DNA of 64,000 nucleotides from Escherichia coli (GTDB lineage Bacteria; Pseudomonadota; Gammaproteobacteria; Enterobacterales; Enterobacteriaceae): NCBI RefSeq assembly GCF_050320075.1, contig NZ_CP190018.1; one strand, 5' to 3'. Shown piece by piece: positions 61,433 to 64,000 of this stretch (position 1 is its first letter; each line of letters starts with the position of its first letter). The notes under the pieces were generated by a model. It saw only the letters and a program-made list of their open reading frames with translations, ran no database searches and was not told where the DNA came from. The position numbers and the translations under genes were made by a program.

Positions 61433-61687
61433 GGTGACACCTGCTAAAGTATGCTTTTATAAACCTTAGTGGTGAGATATGATTTTTGTTTAATTTTTAT
61501 TTAAAAAGACAATTAAGGTCACATTATCTTGAATATACAACAATAATCGTATTGCAATTTTCTTACACCATAATCTTGAAAGCACAAAAGAATGAATAAA
61601 AACTAAAGACATTAACAAAAAGCATAAAACGAGGCCCATATAAATATACGAACCTCCATATTTTAGTCGTTTAAAAACAAATTATTT

Positions 61688-62020
61688 TTAATGTGGCGTG
61701 CTTCGTGACAATAAATTAATAACCAACACACCGGCACAAATCAACATCATGCCTATAATGGCTGGCAGGTCCAATCGTTGGCCGAAAAATCCCCATGATA
61801 GTAAGCTAATCAGGACAATACCGACTCCTGACCAGATAGCATAAGCAATCCCTGTAGGAATATAAGCCAGCGTCTGAGCTAATAACCAGAATGATGCACA
61901 ATAACAAATAATTGTACCAACAGATGGCCATAACCGTGTAAAACCTTCTGAAAACTTCATTAAGGTTGTACCAATGACCTCTGCAAGTATTGCACCACCA
62001 AGATAAATATAAGGATTCAT
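61688..62020 (-). CDS. emrE: small multidrug resistance (SMR) efflux transporter EmrE
   Basis: ORF 61688..62074; 110-aa product from MNPYIYLGGAILAEVIGTTLMKFSEGFTRLWPSVGTIICYCASFWLLAQTLAYIPTGIAYAIWSGVGIVLISLLSWGFFGQRLD matches EmrE including Glu14. Confidence 0.93.
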   Translation of the reverse strand: MNPYIYLGGAILAEVIGTTLMKFSEGFTRLWPSVGTIICYCASFWLLAQTLAYIPTGIAYAIWSGVGIVLISLLSWGFFGQRLDLPAIIGMMLICAGVLVINLLSRSTPH

Positions 62021-62087
62021 AGCATATTCTTTCCTGTTCAAACTGGAGAGAATTGTACTACAGTTTGAACTCAACTCACCTGTTTCA

Positions 62088-62390
62088 TCATTGTGTACCC
62101 ATTGATGTTCTTTTATATACCCTCAATACCCGTTTCATCGCGGCACTCTGGCGACACTCCTTAAAAATCAAATTCGTGCTCACCTTTCCTTCCCATTCTT
62201 CTCTGGTAGCGAACCGATAATACACCGTTCGCCAGACCTTACCATCAACGACCAGGATTCCTGCCCGCGCCATTTTAGCCGCAGCCTGATTTATGCTGGT
62301 TACCGTTGCGCCTGTTACCGCGGCAACGTCCTGCGCACAGAATTTCTTATGAGTCCCCAGGTAATGAATAATTGCCTCTTTGCCCGTCAT
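62088..62390 (-). CDS. ren: Ren-like protein
   Basis: 100 aa, MTGKEAIIHYLGTHKKFCAQDVAAVTGATVTSINQAAAKMARAGILVVDGKVWRTVYYRFATREEWEGK matches lambda Ren. Confidence 0.88.
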   Translation of the reverse strand: MTGKEAIIHYLGTHKKFCAQDVAAVTGATVTSINQAAAKMARAGILVVDGKVWRTVYYRFATREEWEGKVSTNLIFKECRQSAAMKRVLRVYKRTSMGTQ

Positions 62391-63088
62391 ACCCTTGCTC
62401 CTTTCAGCCCAAACTTAGCTTTGATTTCTGCGATCTTCGCCAGAGCCTGAGCACGATTTAGAGGTCTACCGCCCATGACAGGAAGTTGTTTTACTGGTTC
62501 AGGTATAGCCTCACCACGGTTAATTCGTGCGGTCATACAGGACAGTTCATCGGCAGCCTTGCGCCGTAATTCCGCGTCAGTCAACGCATTGGCCCGCATG
62601 TTCTGATACAGGTTGGTAACCAGCCAGTAGTGCGCGTTTGATTTCCACGGATAAGACTCTGCATCCGGATACAGCCCGCGCTTCCGGCAATACTCGTAAA
62701 CCATATCAACCAGCTCGCTGGCGTTTGGCAGCCCAGCGGTAACGGATGCTTCTTCCCGGCACCAGGCGACAAACTGCCCGGGTGATGGCAGGAATGGTCG
62801 ATTCTGCCGACGGGCTACGCGCATTCCAGCGTTAACCTGTTCCATTGTGGTGATCCCGTTTTCCCGAAAAGCCAGCACCCACTGGCGGCGGATTTCGTTC
62901 AGTTCATTCTGGTCACGGTTAGCCAGGCTCGCCGGGAAAGTTGCCAGTAACTGGCTGAACACACCGTTGATGATCTGCGCTACCTGCTGTACCTGTGGCT
63001 TTTCGTCGTACTGTTCCGGCATGTTGTTGGCGATCCGACGCATCTGCTCACGGTCAAAGTTAACCATCTGTGCGGCGATGTTTTTCAT
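62387..63088 (-). CDS. P: replication protein P (DnaB helicase loader)
   Basis: 233 aa, MKNIAAQMVNFDREQMRRIANNMPEQYDEKPQVQQVAQIINGVFSQLLATFPASLANRDQNE near-identical to lambda P. Confidence 0.95.
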   Translation of the reverse strand: MKNIAAQMVNFDREQMRRIANNMPEQYDEKPQVQQVAQIINGVFSQLLATFPASLANRDQNELNEIRRQWVLAFRENGITTMEQVNAGMRVARRQNRPFLPSPGQFVAWCREEASVTAGLPNASELVDMVYEYCRKRGLYPDAESYPWKSNAHYWLVTNLYQNMRANALTDAELRRKAADELSCMTARINRGEAIPEPVKQLPVMGGRPLNRAQALAKIAEIKAKFGLKGARV

Positions 63089-63981
63089 AGATCCACCCCG
63101 TAAATCCAGTCAGTGTTTGTCAGGTCGAGTTTTGGTTTGCCGACTGTCACGCCAGCCTGTTGCTTGTTCCGGTTGATTTCGAGCTGGGTCCACTTGTCGC
63201 GGAGTTTGGCCGGACTCAGCACGTTACCGGACCAGAAGTTGTCCTGGCAGGCCCAGCGGAACAGTACACACATGTCGCGGTGGTTACGTCCATCACGTTC
63301 ACGCATCAGACGGATATCGTTAGCCCACCCTGCAAAATTCGGTTTTCTGGCTGATGGCGCGATGGTCTTCACCATGTCAAACATCCACTCTGCGGCGGTC
63401 AGGTCTTCTGCTGTCCCCCACTTGCTGCCGCTCTGAATTGCAGCATCCGGTTTCACCACAGGAAGATCGTTTTCTGGTTGGTCAGAGGATTCGCCAGAAT
63501 TCTCGGACGAAAAAGGTTTTATATTGTCTTTTGTTAGTTTGTCTTTTGTGTTTACCTGATTCGGGTAAACGCCTTTACCTGATTTGGGTAAACTTTTTTT
63601 ACCTGATTCAGGTAAATTTACCTCTTTCAGGTAAACTTTATTTTTCTTACCTGATTCGGGTAATGTTGACCATTCACTGACCACATTATTAATGCCGGTA
63701 TTCCGCCCGCTCTGAATAAAAATCCCACGCTTTACCAGAACACTTTTTGCAGCAGAACACTTGTGCGGCAATATCCCGGTTAATTCGGAAAGTTGCTCGT
63801 TGCTAACCCAATCCAGTTTTTTATTAAAGCCATATGTTTTGCGCATGACAGCCAGAAAGACCAGAAGCTGGTGCTGTGTTAATCCGGCCAGCATCACAGC
63901 TTCCAGCAACTCATTTGCAATGCGCGTATAACCATCATCGAGATCTGCCACGCGCGGCTCCTTTTGTGCCTCATCCGGCAC
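63085..63981 (-). CDS. O: replication initiator O (non-lambda N-terminal iteron-binding domain, lambda-like C-terminal P-interaction domain)
   Basis: 298 aa; C-terminal 130 aa (...SGESSDQPENDLPVVKPDAAIQSGSKWGTAEDLTAAEWMFDMVKTIAPSARKPNFAGWANDIRLMRERDGRNHRDM...) match lambda O; N-terminal half and embedded iterons differ. Confidence 0.93.
   Translation of the reverse strand: MPDEAQKEPRVADLDDGYTRIANELLEAVMLAGLTQHQLLVFLAVMRKTYGFNKKLDWVSNEQLSELTGILPHKCSAAKSVLVKRGIFIQSGRNTGINNVVSEWSTLPESGKKNKVYLKEVNLPESGKKSLPKSGKGVYPNQVNTKDKLTKDNIKPFSSENSGESSDQPENDLPVVKPDAAIQSGSKWGTAEDLTAAEWMFDMVKTIAPSARKPNFAGWANDIRLMRERDGRNHRDMCVLFRWACQDNFWSGNVLSPAKLRDKWTQLEINRNKQQAGVTVGKPKLDLTNTDWIYGVDL
63551..63665. repeat. replication origin iterons inside gene O: five copies of an 18-20 bp near-palindromic repeat
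   Basis: tttacctgattcgggtaaac, tttacctgatttgggtaaac, ttacctgattcaggtaaa, tttacctctttcaggtaaac, cttacctgattcgggtaatg; adjacent AT-rich stretch at 63480-63550. Confidence 0.85.
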
Positions 63982-64000
63982 TGGAAAATTGAATATCTCA

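Noticed and set aside
63551-63665. Possible CRISPR-like array of short direct repeats
   Set aside because: Repeats are near-palindromic 18-20 bp iterons with spacers of only about 4 bp, located inside the O gene next to an AT-rich region: a lambdoid replication origin, not CRISPR. No cas genes are present in the window.

Overview
The window is Escherichia coli chromosome, reverse-complemented relative to the usual K-12 map. Positions 1-23,700 carry the conserved host block rhlE(partial)-cecR-ybhGFSR-ybhQ-ybhP-clsB-ybhN-(ybhM slot)-ybhL-moaEDCBA-ybhK-uvrB-bioDCFB/bioA-ybhB. At 23,791-23,805 sits the 15-bp lambda att core joined to a lambda-type attP P arm (an attR junction), and from there to the window end is a mosaic lambdoid prophage integrated at att-lambda. 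Its late genes are all on the minus strand: lambda-like head and tail genes (Nu1 to J, lom, side tail fibre), a cos site, phage-21-type lysis genes (pinholin S, SAR endolysin R) with lambda-like Rz/Rz1, and a DLP12-like Q/nin region (Q, ylcG, rusA, ybcO, ninE, ninB, ybcK recombinase, emrE, ren, P, O with ori iterons). The prophage continues past position 64,000, so the immunity region, int and attL are not seen. The most interesting parts are three cargo slots with unusually low GC: (i) next to attR, a DUF2971-like gene and a coiled-coil/zinc-ribbon gene separated by an 11-nt poly-C tract; (ii) between Q and S, an IS200-like element, a Blc-like lipocalin, a DUF523/DUF1722-like protein and a short AraC-family regulator; (iii) between ninB and ybcK, a membrane-anchored hypothetical protein. 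Also notable are a rebuilt tail-fibre module (Stf with a 189-bp tandem repeat and a swapped C-terminus, plus a second fibre protein with a C-terminal chaperone-like domain), a J protein with a non-lambda C-terminus, a non-lambda cosB paired with a changed Nu1 N-terminus, and an O protein with non-lambda iterons. All identifications come from reading the translations and DNA against remembered family sequences; no database search was run.
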